Notes under the pieces: generated by a model | Seen by the model: only the letters and a program-made list of their open reading frames with translations | The model's database searches: none | Told to the model about the DNA's origin: nothing | In this document: piece after piece, positions 26,721-40,929 of the stretch | Layout of the letters: each line of letters opens with the position of its first letter | Position numbering within the stretch: position 1 is the first letter of the stretch | Program-made: the position numbers and the translations under genes | Assembly: GCA_013239625.1 (NCBI GenBank) | Contig: MU053513.1 | Span: 1,786,927-1,850,926 of the forward strand | Length of the DNA: 64,000 nucleotides | Source of the DNA: Lama guanicoe | Lineage: Eukaryota | Reading direction: 5' to 3'

Positions 26721-27552
26721 CCTCAATAAGGCTGTTATTATTGCCACTTCTTAGGTCAAAAAAAATCGAGGCTTAGAGAGATTATGAAAATGTTAAAACT
26801 AGAGATCTGAAGCCAGAGAATGATCCAGAGCAGGCTCTTCCCCGCGCTGCCTCTGTAGTTATCAAAATGTTGAGCTGCTCCAGTAAGACGCATGCATTCT
26901 GTTGGGAGGTATTTACATCAAAATGTAAAATACATAGTAAACCACACAAGTGTTTTTCTAGTAAAAGCTTAGGTAAATCAGTTTATTCTAAAGTTACTTT
27001 AGCATAAAGTACAATAAAATTAAAATTAAACCCCAAGGAAACAAGAATTCTTACTGTGTACATTTTGTACATTTAGAACTCATGGCACTTCAAGTCTAGA
27101 AAACCATGTGCTATTTATAAAATGAATAAACGAAAAGGACTATATTTGCTGTTTATATATTTAAATGATGAACATTTTGAAAAGTATAAGATAATTACTT
27201 TCTCCCCAAGTTAGAAAAGACACCGTATTTCTTTCACATTTCATATCTATTCACCTTTTTCAGTAGCAGATTTGTTGATTTGTCCATTTCCTATATGTGT
27301 CCTGTACTTTTAAATGCTAGAAATACTAGGATGAGTAAGAAAAATCCCTGCCTGTAGTTTGATTCAGGAGACTGAAACATGAAAAAGGTATTGCAATGTA
27401 TAATAATGATATTACCCTGTATAATTTATAATCAACAGAATAATATCACTAAGGAGTGTGCCATAGGAGGAAGGAAGGGCCCTCATGGCCTGATTAAGTT
27501 AAAGAAAGCTTCTCCTAGGAGGTGACTCTTGAGAGATGAGAAAGAGGGCGGC

Positions 27553-27797
27553 GGTAGGAGGATATAGCTCAAGTGGTAGAGCACATACTTAACAAGCACA
27601 AGATCCTGGATCCAATCCCCAGTACCTCCTCTAAAAATAAGTAAACAAGTAAAACTAATTACCTCTCCTCCCAAAAGAAAACTTGAAAAACAAAAAAAGA
27701 AAGGGCAGCAGTTACGTATACGTCAGTGGTATAGTGTATGTTTAGCATGCATGAAGTCCTGGGTTCAATCTCTGGTACTTCCATTAAAAAAAAAAAA
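27553..27797 (+). mobile_element. Two adjacent or nested tRNA-Ala-derived camelid SINEs
   Basis: First copy about 27553-27700 (gatatagctcaagtggtagag...atccccagtacctcc plus tail). Second copy about 27705-27797 (tcagtggtatag...gtcctgggttcaatc plus A tail). Confidence 0.8.
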
Positions 27798-28451
27798 GTA
27801 AAGGAAAAGGACAAAATGGCATTCTACAAGCTAGACTTCTTTAATTTATGATGGGAGAGGCACAAGCAAATGCTATGCCTTTCAGGAGAACGGGGTGTAG
27901 ATTAGAATAGCTGGAAGGCAGGGTGCTTCATTAGGTGTAACAAAAGATGACACAAGAGGAGTGAATCTGGGTCATGCTAAAGCTAAGGGGGACTGGGATT
28001 AGGGAAGCAGGTGCCTAGAGCACATAGTTTGAAAAGATAGTCTCTGGTTCAGATAAGAAAGATCCTTAGGTATTAAACCCAATAAGCCCATTTGGGGGGA
28101 TTTTTTTTTTTTTAATTAGGAACTCTGCTCGTAGAACTATAAGATGGCAAATTTAAGACGTGAGTGGTAAAGAGATCATGAGGGAGTCCTAGGAATGTTT
28201 GAGTCCCTTATTCTAGCTATCCTTCCCTGGATTCCATGAGCCAGTAAATCCCATTTTGCCTAAGAGCATCCCAACTGGTATGCCCTAGCTCACAGATTTG
28301 CTTCAGGTGGCTGACAGGTATGCCCGGATAATGATCCCTGCTGGAAACTTCTACAAGCATGTGGGTCTGCTGATCTCAGTGTATTATTATTTTCTGAATG
28401 ATCTGATCTGATAGCTTGAAAAAAGTTTGAGAAGCATCAGCCTAAAACAGA

Positions 28452-28668
28452 GCTATAACTCTCAACTGGGGGAGATTTTTCCCTCCCCGGGGACATTTGT
28501 TAACATACAGAGTCACTTTTGTTTGCTGCCACTAGGAGGAGGTGTACTGGCATCTAGTGGATAAAGGCCGTGAATGCTGCTAAACATCCCACAATGCGCA
28601 GGAACCATACCCTGTAACAAAGAATTCTCCAGTCCAAGATGTCAATAGTGTCCTTCTTAGAAATTCTG
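28452..28668 (+). mobile_element. MER20-like hAT DNA transposon relic
   Basis: Motifs ctggcatctagtgg, gctgctaaacatcc and aaagaatt...ccaagatgtcaatagtg. Confidence 0.75.
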
Positions 28669-31600
28669 AGCTAGAGTAACCCAAACCCTTACTAAGATTG
28701 AACAGATGATAACTGAGATTCTTGGTGGAGGCCCCAAAAGTCAGTGCCAAATAACTCCATATCCAAATCAAGGTACCACTGTGGAGGGTGGGAAGGTAGG
28801 TACTTCCGCCTCATCTCAAGCCAAGTCTGCAGGCTTCGAGAAGACCATTTGGAAAAGATGATATATGATCTCTGGCATCTTCGAGAGACAAGAATTGATA
28901 ACTGAGTCACATGTAAAAGTCCTAAGTTAAGAGGCAGAACCTGCCTCCAAGCAGAAGATGCACACGGCTGATTGGGAACAGCCCACACTACTGTGCAGGA
29001 TAAAAAGTGCTTTATGTGGATCAAGTGAGGACCTCATGTAGGAGAGCTGGACTGGGTCAGCCTGAGAGAGGCTGCCCCATAGGACTGCCTGCATGGGTGA
29101 AATGATCCCAACCAAGGCATGGATCCCTGGAAACCAGAGGACCAAGGTGTATGTCATAAGATAAACCAGAAGATTCATTGCTAAGCTAAGAGACTGGAAA
29201 TAAGGTTACCCTAGTCATATGTCTACAAAGGCACTCCACGAGAGACAGTGTCACCTTTAGACCTCAGCTACACCCAGAGGACACTGGCACCAGGCTAAAA
29301 CTATTCTAGTCAAAAAGGAGCTCTTCTAACTGTAATTGTCTTCTAACTGTAATTGAAAAGCCAGCCAGGGAGAAGGTAGACAAAGCCAGGGGTTGAGTGG
29401 AAAGGGAATGGCAGAGAATTTGTGAACTGTATGAATCTGGGGTTTTGACATTGCACTACACAGGATTTTTTAATGCCAGGTAAAAAAGATCATTTACTTG
29501 TTATTAGAAAATGACTGGAGAACTTTTTAGTTACTTGAGGGAACTAGAAAAGCTAAAGGCTTTGGCTAAGATTTTGTCCAAGGTATTTGTCCAAGGTATA
29601 GAGAGGGATCCTCAGATATTCAGGGACAATAATGAGAGAGAATAAAATAGGTTTCTGCTTTCCCCATACCAAGTCCTGCTTGCTCACCAAATTAGGAACC
29701 ACAGTTTAATTTATAACTAAAAACATATTATAAAGCCTCAGTTTAAATCAGGGTTTCTCATCAGGGGCACTAATGATGTTTTGGACTCTTCTGTCATATT
29801 AATGCACAGAAATGTGGCTCTTTCTTCCTCCAGTCCTCCTCAGGGATATTGCCAAACATCCACCAGGGGGCTAATATTCACTGCCCCCATTTAAGAACCA
29901 ACAAATACTTGAATCCTTCAATGCTTATGAAAACACTGAGGTGAATAGTGGTACTTTAAACAAGGAATATCCAGGTAGGGATTAGGTGAATAAGGGATAG
30001 GAGTTGGGAGAATCTGGCCAAAGAGTATCTGACAAAGGGAACAGCGTTTGCAAAGGCTAACTCAGTTTCAAGCATGTGAGCATCGAAATGTAAGTTCTGT
30101 GCTTTGTTATTTTTGCCCTACTGAGTTGCAAAAATGAGAAGGTATTTGTTTTGATATTCATTCTCTCCCCTCCCCTCCCCCATTTGGAAAGCCTTCACTA
30201 CCTGGCCTGATGCACAACTCCAGGGCCTACAGTTCACATCGTATTTGACACAAATGGCATCTCTAGAGTCCCGTAACAGAATCAGTGTGATTCAGCTGGG
30301 TGTCCACACTATGGAATGTATAATCTCTCCTCTCTGAAAGGAGAGTCGATAGATTGATTTCTCAATGATAGCATCTTTCCTTACAGCCTGTTGTTGAGAT
30401 ACTGTATGAAGAAAAGTTTGAAGGGATAAGAATTCTAGATGAAGGGATAAAAGGATAATTGTAACTACCCATGGATTGGTAGTTACAGGGAGGGTGGAAC
30501 TCCATGAAAGTTAAAAGTGGGAGAAAGAGTGCACTGTCAGAGTATATTTGCTTCACTTATAAGGACTGATCGACAGCAAAGACTTGACCTGGTGCCCACG
30601 AGAGGCACTTGCCTGCTGTCATCTAGGCAATGAGCCACACCTGCCTTGAACAGTCACATCATTTGTCTTTCCTGTGCCCTAGGACCCCAGAAGGACAGGT
30701 AAGCCAAAGAGGATCTTGGTTACCAAGCAGGTTGGTAGGATTGAGCCACATTTGCTCAAACTCTGCAATAACAGAACATATCTCATACATTTTCAATGCA
30801 GGAGTTTCTGGAGTAATGACTATTGCCTTTTGTCTATTTAGATGTCTAATCGATTCATGGAAATACATATATACACATATTTATATATGAGTTCTTTATT
30901 AGTTATGCATATTCCAAATATATTCTCACATTTGCTGGCTTGATTTTTCATCTCTTAATGTCATCTTTTGATGCAGAGATGAGTTTTTATAGGTGACACA
31001 ATTTTTGCAGCAATATTGCTTAATAATGGAAACAGTTTCAAACCTCCTTTTTCAAAAAGCTCTCTTCATTACACAAGTTTCTTTCAAAAAGCAGTTCTCA
31101 CTGGTTTTTGAAACATCACTTTTACTTTGAGGCCATAGGTTATATGTATATACTAAAAAAATTTTTTTATAGTTAGCATATTGCTGATAGCCACTTGCTG
31201 TCACAATCAAGGTCAGAAAATTTAGAACACTTGTCCTTTTCAAATAAACCTATAAAACTCTCCTTCAAGTCAGATGGTACTTTGCTACAAGACATTAGGG
31301 AACAAATGATTTTCATGATCATTCTCTTATCTCTGTAAGAGGAGTATAAATATTTTAAAACATTTAGACATTTGATTCTTTAAAAATAAAAACTAACCAC
31401 ATTGTTGACATCCTGTAGCATGTAAACTGCAATGTTTTGAAATATGCTGATGCTCGGTAAACCCAGGATAGGTGACCATTTGTGGTGCAAACTGAGGCCT
31501 TGGTGTCAATGTCAATTCTTACATAGGATGTTGGCAGAGGTTCATTTCTTCCATTTTTACTATACCAAAAGAACAAGAAGCTGTCATATTTTCTATTTGT

Positions 31601-32169
31601 TTGTGATCAGGATTGAGCACCTTACATAACACTGTGTACATGCTCCCATTTGGGAGACCAAAAAGTTAGAAGTAAACAGACATGCTGAAACTGGCAATTT
31701 TAACAATTAATTTATATTAATTTAACTTTTTATTGTTTGCACATCAATAAACTGAACTGATTTTTAACAGATCCCTAAATTAGAAGGCAGATCTCTTCCA
31801 ATACTCTAGTCACTAAGTAGATACTAAGGTTTTAATAAATATTTGATTTGATCTCAATTTTGTCTTGAGGGAAAATGGGAGATTTTTATTTTTACTCTGC
31901 AGATGTGGTAAAGGAAACACATTGACTTTCACAGAATCTAGGTCCTAAGATGTTGGGAGAAGAAAGAGGAAAGGAAGGAAAAAGTGTTGAATTGAGATTA
32001 ATAGTCTAATATTTCTTTGCACAAGGTCAGAAACCTGAGGCCCTTCAGTGGGGAGCCTCAAGGTAATTCTGTAATGCATCGAGACAAGAGCTGCTAATGG
32101 TCGTAGAATGACTGTGAAAGAAGGGGAGAATAGGTGTAAAAACGAAAAGTGCCCCAAATCTAAAACTGC

Positions 32170-33100
32170 TCCGCCTCTACACGGTCCCCGGTCCCCGTAC
32201 CACTAGCTACTTTGGAAGTCCCAGCGGTGAGGGCAGGCCTGGGTCTCCGCACCTGGACCCGGCCGCCGCGGCCACGCCCCAGGGGCGGGGCGGTCCCTCC
32301 CAACAGCCCCGCCCCTCCCCGCCCTCCCACGACGCCCGAGACGCCCGCGGCGGCCGCGGAAACACCGGAAGGAGCGGCGGCGGCTGCGGGAAGTGGCCGG
32401 CTCGGGAGGCGGGGACCCCGCGGGCTGAGCTGCGGTGCCGTTTTCCGGCGCTCAAGACGCGACGCCGCCCCTCTCCTGGGTCAGGAGAGGAAAAGAGGAG
32501 CTTGTGGCGGTGCGGCCGCAAGCCATCGTTGGCCGCGCTGGCGGGGCCCGTGGGGAAGGCCGTGGAGGTGAGTGCGACGCTGCTGGGAGGGGCGCGGGGC
32601 CGAAGGGCGCCTTGCCTGCGGCGGGGGCGGGTCTCCGCTCTCGCTCTCGCTCTTGTCCCGCACGCCGGGGCTCTGACTGCTGTAGCGGCCTCTTTTTCTT
32701 GGGGGGGGGGTGAGTGCGCGGGCGGATAGAAGGCCTAGGCTGTTCCAGTACTCAGCGCTGCGGGGATGAACTGGTGGCCGCTCCGGTAGGGGTCGGCGGA
32801 GGACGCAAGTCAGTCGCGGATTTGAGGAAGGGGACCCAGGGGGAAGCGGGAGGTAGGAGGGGGTGAGGCGAGTCCCTGAAAGGGGCTCCGCTCCTTTCCT
32901 TGGTCTCCCCATTCCGGCTTGCCATACCCCCACGGTTGGCGCAGACGACTGAAAACCCCGCAGCGCGGTGGCTCCCGGGTTGTGTTTTCGCTTTGCGGCG
33001 CAGTTAGGGGATCGAACTCATTCTTGCATTCTCAGGCGCCCCGTTATTCATTGTTGTCAGCGGGGAAACCTAGGTGTCATCGTCGCTAGAATTGTCTTCT
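32170..33100. promoter_or_regulatory. CpG island and USP33 promoter (GC box GGGGCGGGGC about 32282, ETS-like CCGGAA/TTCCGG about 32365 and 32443)
   Basis: Very GC- and CpG-rich block containing a consensus donor GAG|GTGAGT, upstream of the USP33 coding exons. Confidence 0.9.
32420..32567 (+). other. USP33: USP33 exon 1 (no ATG; start approximate)
   Basis: Strong donor gag|gtgagt at 32568 inside the CpG island. The next recognisable exon is at 52904. Confidence 0.75.
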
Positions 33101-36100
33101 GACGAATATTTGATCCTGACTGTTTCTGAGGTTACCCCTTACGGTCTGTCCATCTGCAGCTTTTGTTTGAATCCATTTCCATGGTGTGTGGTTTCCCAGA
33201 CCTTTCTTCTTACATATTTACCTACTACTAAACGCCCTTCATTTGAATATTTACAGTGTGCAAGTTGAGCTGTTGGTTGGCTCTAGATGTTTTGCACTCA
33301 AGTATTTTTAGGGTTTACCTTCTCATATAATCAGTATTAGACCGGGAAAACTGGGCTAGAGGGGAATGTACTAGCAGGAGCATAGCCTCTAAAGTGACGC
33401 CAAATTTTTACCACAAGCATCTCTAGACTTACTACTTAACAGATGTATAGAATTTTTTTAGTTTAATCAGATTGCATTTCCTTTAAGGAAAACCTGTTCC
33501 AAAAATTAATGAGGCTGTCCTAGTTCCGTTTCTGGTTTGGGCAACTGATCATCTGGAAAGGTCTGACCAAATCAGATAATAGGCTATTTGATTTGAACGT
33601 CATACAAATATTGTTTGTCTTCATGCTATTAATATAAACATGTGGAAAATTAGGAATCTTATTGAAAGACAATGCTGATTTTAAGAAAAAGTGATAATAA
33701 TAGTCACACTATGCCGAGAAGCTTTATGCTATTTAATTTACTTTGACAGAATTAAAAAAAAGGACCGTACAAAAATATTCCTAGCATAAAATATTTGACC
33801 TCCTGCTGTATGCAAGAGGGAGGATCTGCTTAAGATTGCTTCTTATTTTTGGTCTGGTTTATTGCCAGCTTTTACTTTTTTGTTTTTTGTGAGCTCTTTA
33901 TAACCTGCCAATAAGTGAATGGCAACAGTGAAGTTTAATGGCATTCGAGTGTAGTAAATAGACGATTTTAATCATTTGAAATTCAGAATTAAGGCGATAA
34001 TTCTTACATTTATGTATTGCTGTTAGAATTTTCAACGACCTTTCACATATACAATCTTATTTGATCTTCATGCCAATCCTCTGAGTTAGGAAAGCCAAGA
34101 AATAGTCTTTTCCCATGACAGAAGCATTGCGAGATTGTGTAAGGATCAGAATTTCCCTGAAGCCTGAAATAATCTTACTGAAGTAACCTTTGATATAAAT
34201 TGGAATTCAGCTAGATATTGGAGCACTGTGAACTATTACGTGTGATAGGCTGTGGACCCTTTGCAGGAGAATGAAGTACATAAATGGCAAGAGATTTTTG
34301 GTGAGAAATGTGAAATGTCATTTCTGAAAAACAAAGGAATAAGTAACAGCTTTTTTTAGTGTGGTTTTTTAAACTTTAAAAGGTAAAGTCTACATGTGAT
34401 TTCAGGAGCATTTTGATAAGTAGCACAGTTCCAAAGAGTCTGATAAGTACAGTTGGTTTGTCTATAAAAAGGAGCATGCATTTTGTGCAATATAGTATAT
34501 ATTGTATATTGTGTATATACTATATTGTATATATATATCAAGAGAACTAATATATAAGAAAATTCATATAGCAAAATAAATATTCCTCTCAAAAGTTACT
34601 TTAGAAGGCTAAGTAGGTCAGTATCTGTGAGTCTACCAGAGAAAGCCCTTTGGAAAATAAAAGAATGGAACATGGCTTTTGCCCTCTAACAACTTGGAGT
34701 CAGGCTTGTGGTCAGGTAGGGTAGTTTTTTTTACACAACTGCAATAAAATGTCTTATGAATATTATAATCGGGAATTTAGGTGAGGGAAGCATTACTGGT
34801 GACTGGGTCCTGGCAGAGATGGTATTTGAGATGAGGGAACTTTGCAAGGTTTTCAACAGGGGAATATTGGAGGACATTTCTAAAATGAACAGATGATTGC
34901 GTTCTTGGAAAGCTACAAGTTACATTTGAGAAAAGATCAGTAGAACAATTTGGTGATAATAAGTTATGGTTCATATGTTAGTTAATGGGAGATGGAAAAA
35001 AGAAATTATGAAAGACTTCATTGAAAATGTTTCACCGGAAGTGATCCACATGAATGCAGAATGAGCTGTAACTGGCAAAGATTGAGACCAAGAGAACAGT
35101 TGGGCAGCTTTAGGTTAAGCTAGGTCTTGATAGAGTCACTTTTGTGGCCCTTGTAGTTTCTTTGAAGTGCTGTCTTGAAAGCAGACCTTGAGATAACGTG
35201 GCTGCAGGTGAGATGCCAGGAAGCACAAGTGAGAGAGTGGGCAAAGAGTCAAGGAAAGGAAAAAAGGCCAATGGATGGGCACCTAGGAGCTTAATCCTGT
35301 GGAGATTTTTGTAGAACTGTCTCCAAATTGCCCTAGCAAATGAAGGGAAGCTGAGGGGTTTTTCCACCTAACCCCAGTCCTCACTGATTGAGATTGTCCT
35401 TGAAACGCCTTGGGCACTTCCTCTTCCTGTAGCTAGGGTTGGGCAAGCTCCTGATAGGCTGGAGAACTTGAGAAGCAGAGACTTGGTTGAGGTGGAAAGG
35501 TGTCAGGATACTACCTGTACCACCTGCAGGGTGAGCTGAAGAGGTGGGGGGGCCAGATGTCAACTGTGTCAGTTAATAGGCATTCTCATTAAATAATCCA
35601 GAGGTGAAATAAAAGCCTCAGTTTAGGTGGAGACCTAGAAGAAAAGTGAATTGAGTGAAAGGGATGGAATAAAGAAGCAAGCAGGCGAATTTGGTAATTG
35701 AGAGAATATAGAAAGTGAGGAGGGACTGTAAAATGGTGTTGAGGTTTGAGAGTTAGATAACTTGTTATTGAGGAGAGTTGACAGAGGTCACTGACATTCG
35801 AATTAGTTACTTCAGGAGAATAAAGGAACTACAGGGTGTTGAAGAGTGTTGATAAAGTGGGTGTAGTTGACCAGTCATTCAAAATGGAAAGTAGGGTGGA
35901 GATTTGAACAGTGCTGCCACTCCCACTAGACTTACAGTGTCTGGCTCATACTTTATTTTGCCTTGTTAAATTAGTCTCTATATTCCTAGGGCCTAACACA
36001 GTCCTGAAATATGGCAGTATGGTGAAAATATGAGACTGAATGTGATGTAAAGTAAGACCATTTCCTATAATTTTTAACTATTTATAAAATCCTGAGGGAG

Positions 36101-39100
36101 GAATTTACAGTATTATTAGTAGAGGCATTATTTAGATGAATAAATTTGGATACTTTTTTATAGTCAACAATATTCTGGTAAAGAAAAAAAGACAAAATTT
36201 CTTGGAGTGGTTCTCATTTGAATATGGTGGTTACATTTATTTTTCCATGATTCTACATGTTTTACTTAAGTAGTTTTAATGATTGTCCCGTAATGTTCTG
36301 TTAATTTAATTACCTCTCCATTCTTGCTCTGAAGTGACTTAGGGTGAAAATTACCATCAGTTGGTTTGAGCCTCTATTGGAACTCTATTATGTTCGTTAA
36401 TTCTTGTTCTCCCTCTCCGCCTCCCTGCCCCTCCCCTTAGTGTCTGTCACAGTTATTTCAACTAGATAAGACTACAGTTGACTATACTTTGCCATTATCG
36501 GACAGATTATTTTTTCTTTATAGGAAATGCTAATTAATGTTTACACATCTCAATGGGAGTTTATTTAGAGTGAGCCTTCCAAATGGAAGCTGTTCTTTTG
36601 GATGATTTATTGTGGCAGTGCTACGAATAGATTCTAGATCAGATAGATTGCAGGTAGAGAAATCAGGAGATTATATAGTTCTCTTAATAGACTTAATGAC
36701 ACTCTCATTAATTAGACTGTTAAGGGTCTAAAGGACATGTTTTCTAGGAAGAGGGAAAATGGAAGCTTAGTACTAAATTTATTTTTCTGTGTTATGGTTT
36801 GAATGAAAATTAAGAATAATTAGGGGAGGATTTATAGGACTGTGAGATCTGTGTGAAGATTTGGAAAAAATATTTGTTTAAAGGACAAGAAACACAGTTC
36901 TTTTAGTGCAGCAGACTTCATAAATTAAATGTCTCCATGGCCTTCTGCTGTCTAAACATCAATGCTTTCAATTTTTCCTTATAATAGTTAACATTTATTG
37001 AGTGCTTATTGTCATTCTGCTTTAAGCACTTTATGTATGTTAACATATATATGTTATGTAAACCTCCCCCCTACCCAAACTCCATGACATAGATATTTGT
37101 CATTATCTCAGCTTTATAGATGAGGGAATTTAGGCACAGAGAAGAAACTTAATTCTGGTCACAAACCTAGGACACAGTGGAGCTTGGATTTGAACTCAGG
37201 TGGCCTTGCTCCCGAAACTTTACTCTTAGCCACAGTGTTGTCTTTATCAGAAGATACAGTTTTCAGTTTAAGACTGTCTGTGGAAGGCATTCTTATTCTG
37301 TAGTTTTAGTATTCTTCATAAATAAAATATTCAAGATATAATCTACTTAGTTAATCAGTACAATAAGACTGGCATTTTTTATTCTGAAACCTATCCCATT
37401 GATAAATTGAGTAATAATTGCAGTTGTTTTATGCATCTTCTAGCATCTAGAATCTAAATACCTGAAACTCCTTTTTTGGCCTTTCTTTAGACAGTAGATT
37501 TGTTTAATCCCAATATAGCATATTACACCCATCCTTGTTAATTTTAGCTCACTTTTCTAAGTAAATTATTTTTCTTTAAAAACTTATTTTTATGATTTTA
37601 TAGTTAGATTTCACTAGCCTGCCTTATGTGTCTTTATCCAATTTGGTTAAAAATATTGAACAGTTCTTCTAACTGCTAGTACAGACTTTCTTCTGGATTC
37701 ATATTAATTTTCTGTTTAATAAATTAGCTACCAGTTCTGACATAAATTTTTTCTCAGTCACTTGAATTTGATTCTTTAGATATCTTTACTTTTTGAAATA
37801 GACTAGATAGTGTAGTGTGGGCAGTTTTTCAATATTAAAAGGTTCTTAGGTTACCAACTGTGTCTTGATGTATAACGAATATTAATAACACTGGTCTCTA
37901 TGCTTTTTCAGTATTAAAATTTGACTGTCTGTTAGTCTGTTATTAGGATGACGGTCAGAATTTGGGGCCTGAAACTTGGATACAGCTAAAGTATCCCACC
38001 ACCCCCCTACCCCGCCCCCTTAAAAGTAGTATCTTCAGAAGCAGTTTTGAATCTACAGATGGGCAGTTGAGCCTCCCCAAATCTGTACATCATGCAACAT
38101 GAATGCAATTGTTTCAACCCAGAAAAATTTTCAGTTGTTATTACCATCATTATGGCTGAGGAAATTTCAAATAGTCTAGATAGGTAGATAGAGAAAAAAG
38201 TTGCCTGATAAAAGATTGCAAAGGTAAGGACAAATTGAGGTGAAATTATGGAAAGCCTTAATTTTCATGCAAAGTTTGAATTGTTTTGTGCTCCCTAGTA
38301 ATTCCCAACCTGTGATTCACAGGCTTTTAGAGGAGTCTCACAGTTTTGTGGGAGCTACTTCTGTAGACTGAACAAATAGCATTTTCATCTATAACTATTA
38401 TTATTATTATGTTTTTACTGCTTTCATGTTGCCTCTTTTTTCTAATATCCTGAACCTACCTCCTGTGAACAGACTTTCAGACCAGAATGGAAACATGTAT
38501 GCCTTCTTTGTTTTGGTGTACACTTTGAGAGGAAATTCAAGTAGCTAAAGGCTACTGTTGTCTTATCCTCCTATATTTGAATGCCCTTCTCCCAATAAAT
38601 ATCAAAGGAAGGAATAAAAGAATGATCCTGTTACCATAGTGAATTAACTGAGTAAAGCTAGGTAACTGGAATTTTACAGGCCTTCTATTTTGATGTGTTG
38701 TGTTTAATTATAGGGAATGCAAATAGCCCTAGTACAAATTGTTAGTTTTTGTTTATATGCATTATTTCTCATTACGTTGTTTGAATACCAGAAAATTAAT
38801 AGCAGAACAGAGAGGGCTGATTTGAGTCTTTCCCTAGTCCGCCTTTCTTCTTTGCTCTGAGGACGTAACCTTCAAGGCTGTATTTTTCTGCTTTTACAAT
38901 GGATGTTTACATCCAGATACAATGTGCTGTTAAGCATGTTTTACATTTTAATTTTAGTGGTGTCACAGAGTATGTATGTATCTTTATGCCTCTTTTTCCC
39001 ACTTAACATTATGTCCTTTAGATCTATCCACATTCATAAATTATCCATCTAGTTCATGAAGTTACACTGTCTATAGTATTCAGTTGTGAATATACTGTTT

Positions 39101-39139
39101 ATATATTCATTCTTCTGTGGATGGGCTTAAAAATATTTT

Positions 39140-40926
39140 AAAATCAAAGGTGAAATTGTATGCTGTCTAGAAAGTATTAAGAAGGAGAGCATTCCACTGG
39201 CAAACATTGGTATTTAGAGGACAATGTATAATTTAAATAATTTCATTATTAAGTAAATAAAACTAAGAGAATTCAATACCTGTATTTAGGGATTAAGAAA
39301 ATAAAACCAAAACCAAGTAGGACATGGGGATTAAAGATAAAACTGTAATTAATGGAATTGGAAACAACAAAACAAAAATAATGGAAAGAATAAATCCCAA
39401 AGCTGGTTCTTTACAAGGACCAATGAACTAGATAAACCTCATATAGAAGGGGGAAAAATGACATAAAAATATGCAATGTTAGAAATGAGAAAGGAAACAT
39501 CATAGATACCCAGCTATAGGAGAGACTAATGCAATCTTAGCCAAACGTTCTTAAGAATATTACATACTATGGCATGATGCCAAAGTTGAAAATCAAGATA
39601 AATGGATAATGTACAGTAAAATGTGTATAAATTAGTAAAATCGACCCAAGAAGTAAAAGAAACTTGAATTGACCAATTCCCACTTAAGAATCTTTCCTTG
39701 AAAGAGGCAGCGCAGATAGTTTCACAGCTGACTTTCGTTTAATTTATGAACACCATTATATATATATATATATATTTTTAAACCTATGATATAGAAGATG
39801 TAAAGCTATTGATGTTTTCTGTGAAGCGCACACACACTTTTATCCCTGATTAAAGTGCTGCCAAAAAAGGTCAGTCTCACTTATACCTAGAAACGCAGAA
39901 TTTCTAAATACAATATTAGCCAGTAGAATCTAGATGTGAAGCAATGGACTAATAGTACATTTTGACCCAATAGGATATATATATTACATCAATGCAAGGA
40001 TCATAGTATCAAATCTGTTATGATAATAGATACCAACAAATGAAACAAGGAGTAAAGTAAGCCATCAGTAGCTGCTGAAAAGACATTAAATAGAGTTCAT
40101 TATGACTATTTCTAATTAATATAATATTGTAAATCAGCTATACTTCAATTAAAAAAGAGGCCATTTGTAATTTTTAAAATGTGGTAAATTAAGACTACAA
40201 GACAATTGTAGCAAATAACCTAAATGGCAGAACCGTCAATAGAAGAACCCTGACATGATGCTTGCAATCACCTTTATATTCAAGATTGCCTTTAGAGATT
40301 CTAATAAATGTGTTAAAACAGTAAAATTAAATAACTGGTATTAATATTGGAATATAAAAGATAAAACTATCAAATTTTCTAGAGTATTTAGAGTCTAGCC
40401 AAGGAAACTGAAAAGGAACAGTGAAGGAGGTATGTCTTACAGTTATCAAAATATTCTATATAGAATATGTAGTCTCTGAATCAGATTAATATGGTATGGG
40501 CATAGACAGAGTGGTAGAACAAAATAGAATTCGGAAATGTATTATGTGTAAATTTAATAAAGGGTAAAGATAGTATTAAAATTCAGTGGGAAATGGGTAG
40601 ATTATATAACAGATGGTGCTGCTACAAATGTCTGCCCATCTGGAAAAAAATGAAATTGGATTCCTGTCTTAAGATAAACTCTAGATTAAAGCCCTGTAAA
40701 AAGAAAAACTAAGGTTATTCAGCTTTAGCTCTGTAAATTAGGGTGAAGGAAGCCTTAAAGATGAGAAACTTAGAAGCTCTTATGAAGTAAGGTGTGTTTG
40801 ATTTTATAAAAATTAAAACCTTTAATGATAAAGCATACTGTAAGAAAGTTAATAGTATTGCCACTAAGACAGGCATAGAGACCAATGTATAGAGACCAAA
40901 AATAATATGGTCACATATGCGGTCAA
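39140..40926 (+). mobile_element. Very old, decayed L1 ORF2 fragments
   Basis: Degenerate ORF2-like A-rich sequence (aaagctggttcttt..., gataaacct...). Confidence 0.6.
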
Positions 40927-40929
40927 TTT

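Noticed and set aside
30387..30458. Exon-like stretch after ttccttacag| reading PVVEILYEEKFEGIRILDEGIKG*
   Set aside because: No partner exons or recognisable homologue, and partly built from a short gaagggataa repeat.
23130..32170. Shared bidirectional promoter for MIGA1 and USP33
   Set aside because: The two CpG islands are distinct and about 9 kb apart, separated by repeat-rich DNA.
32207..32933. Several 75-150 aa ORFs in the USP33 CpG island
   Set aside because: Same GC artefact: low-complexity Pro/Arg/Gly/Ala content and mostly non-ATG starts.
39534..39546. U2 snRNA-like atcttagccaaa (also tttggctaagat near 29561)
   Set aside because: Only about 12 nt match, with no extension or TSD. 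Consistent with chance.
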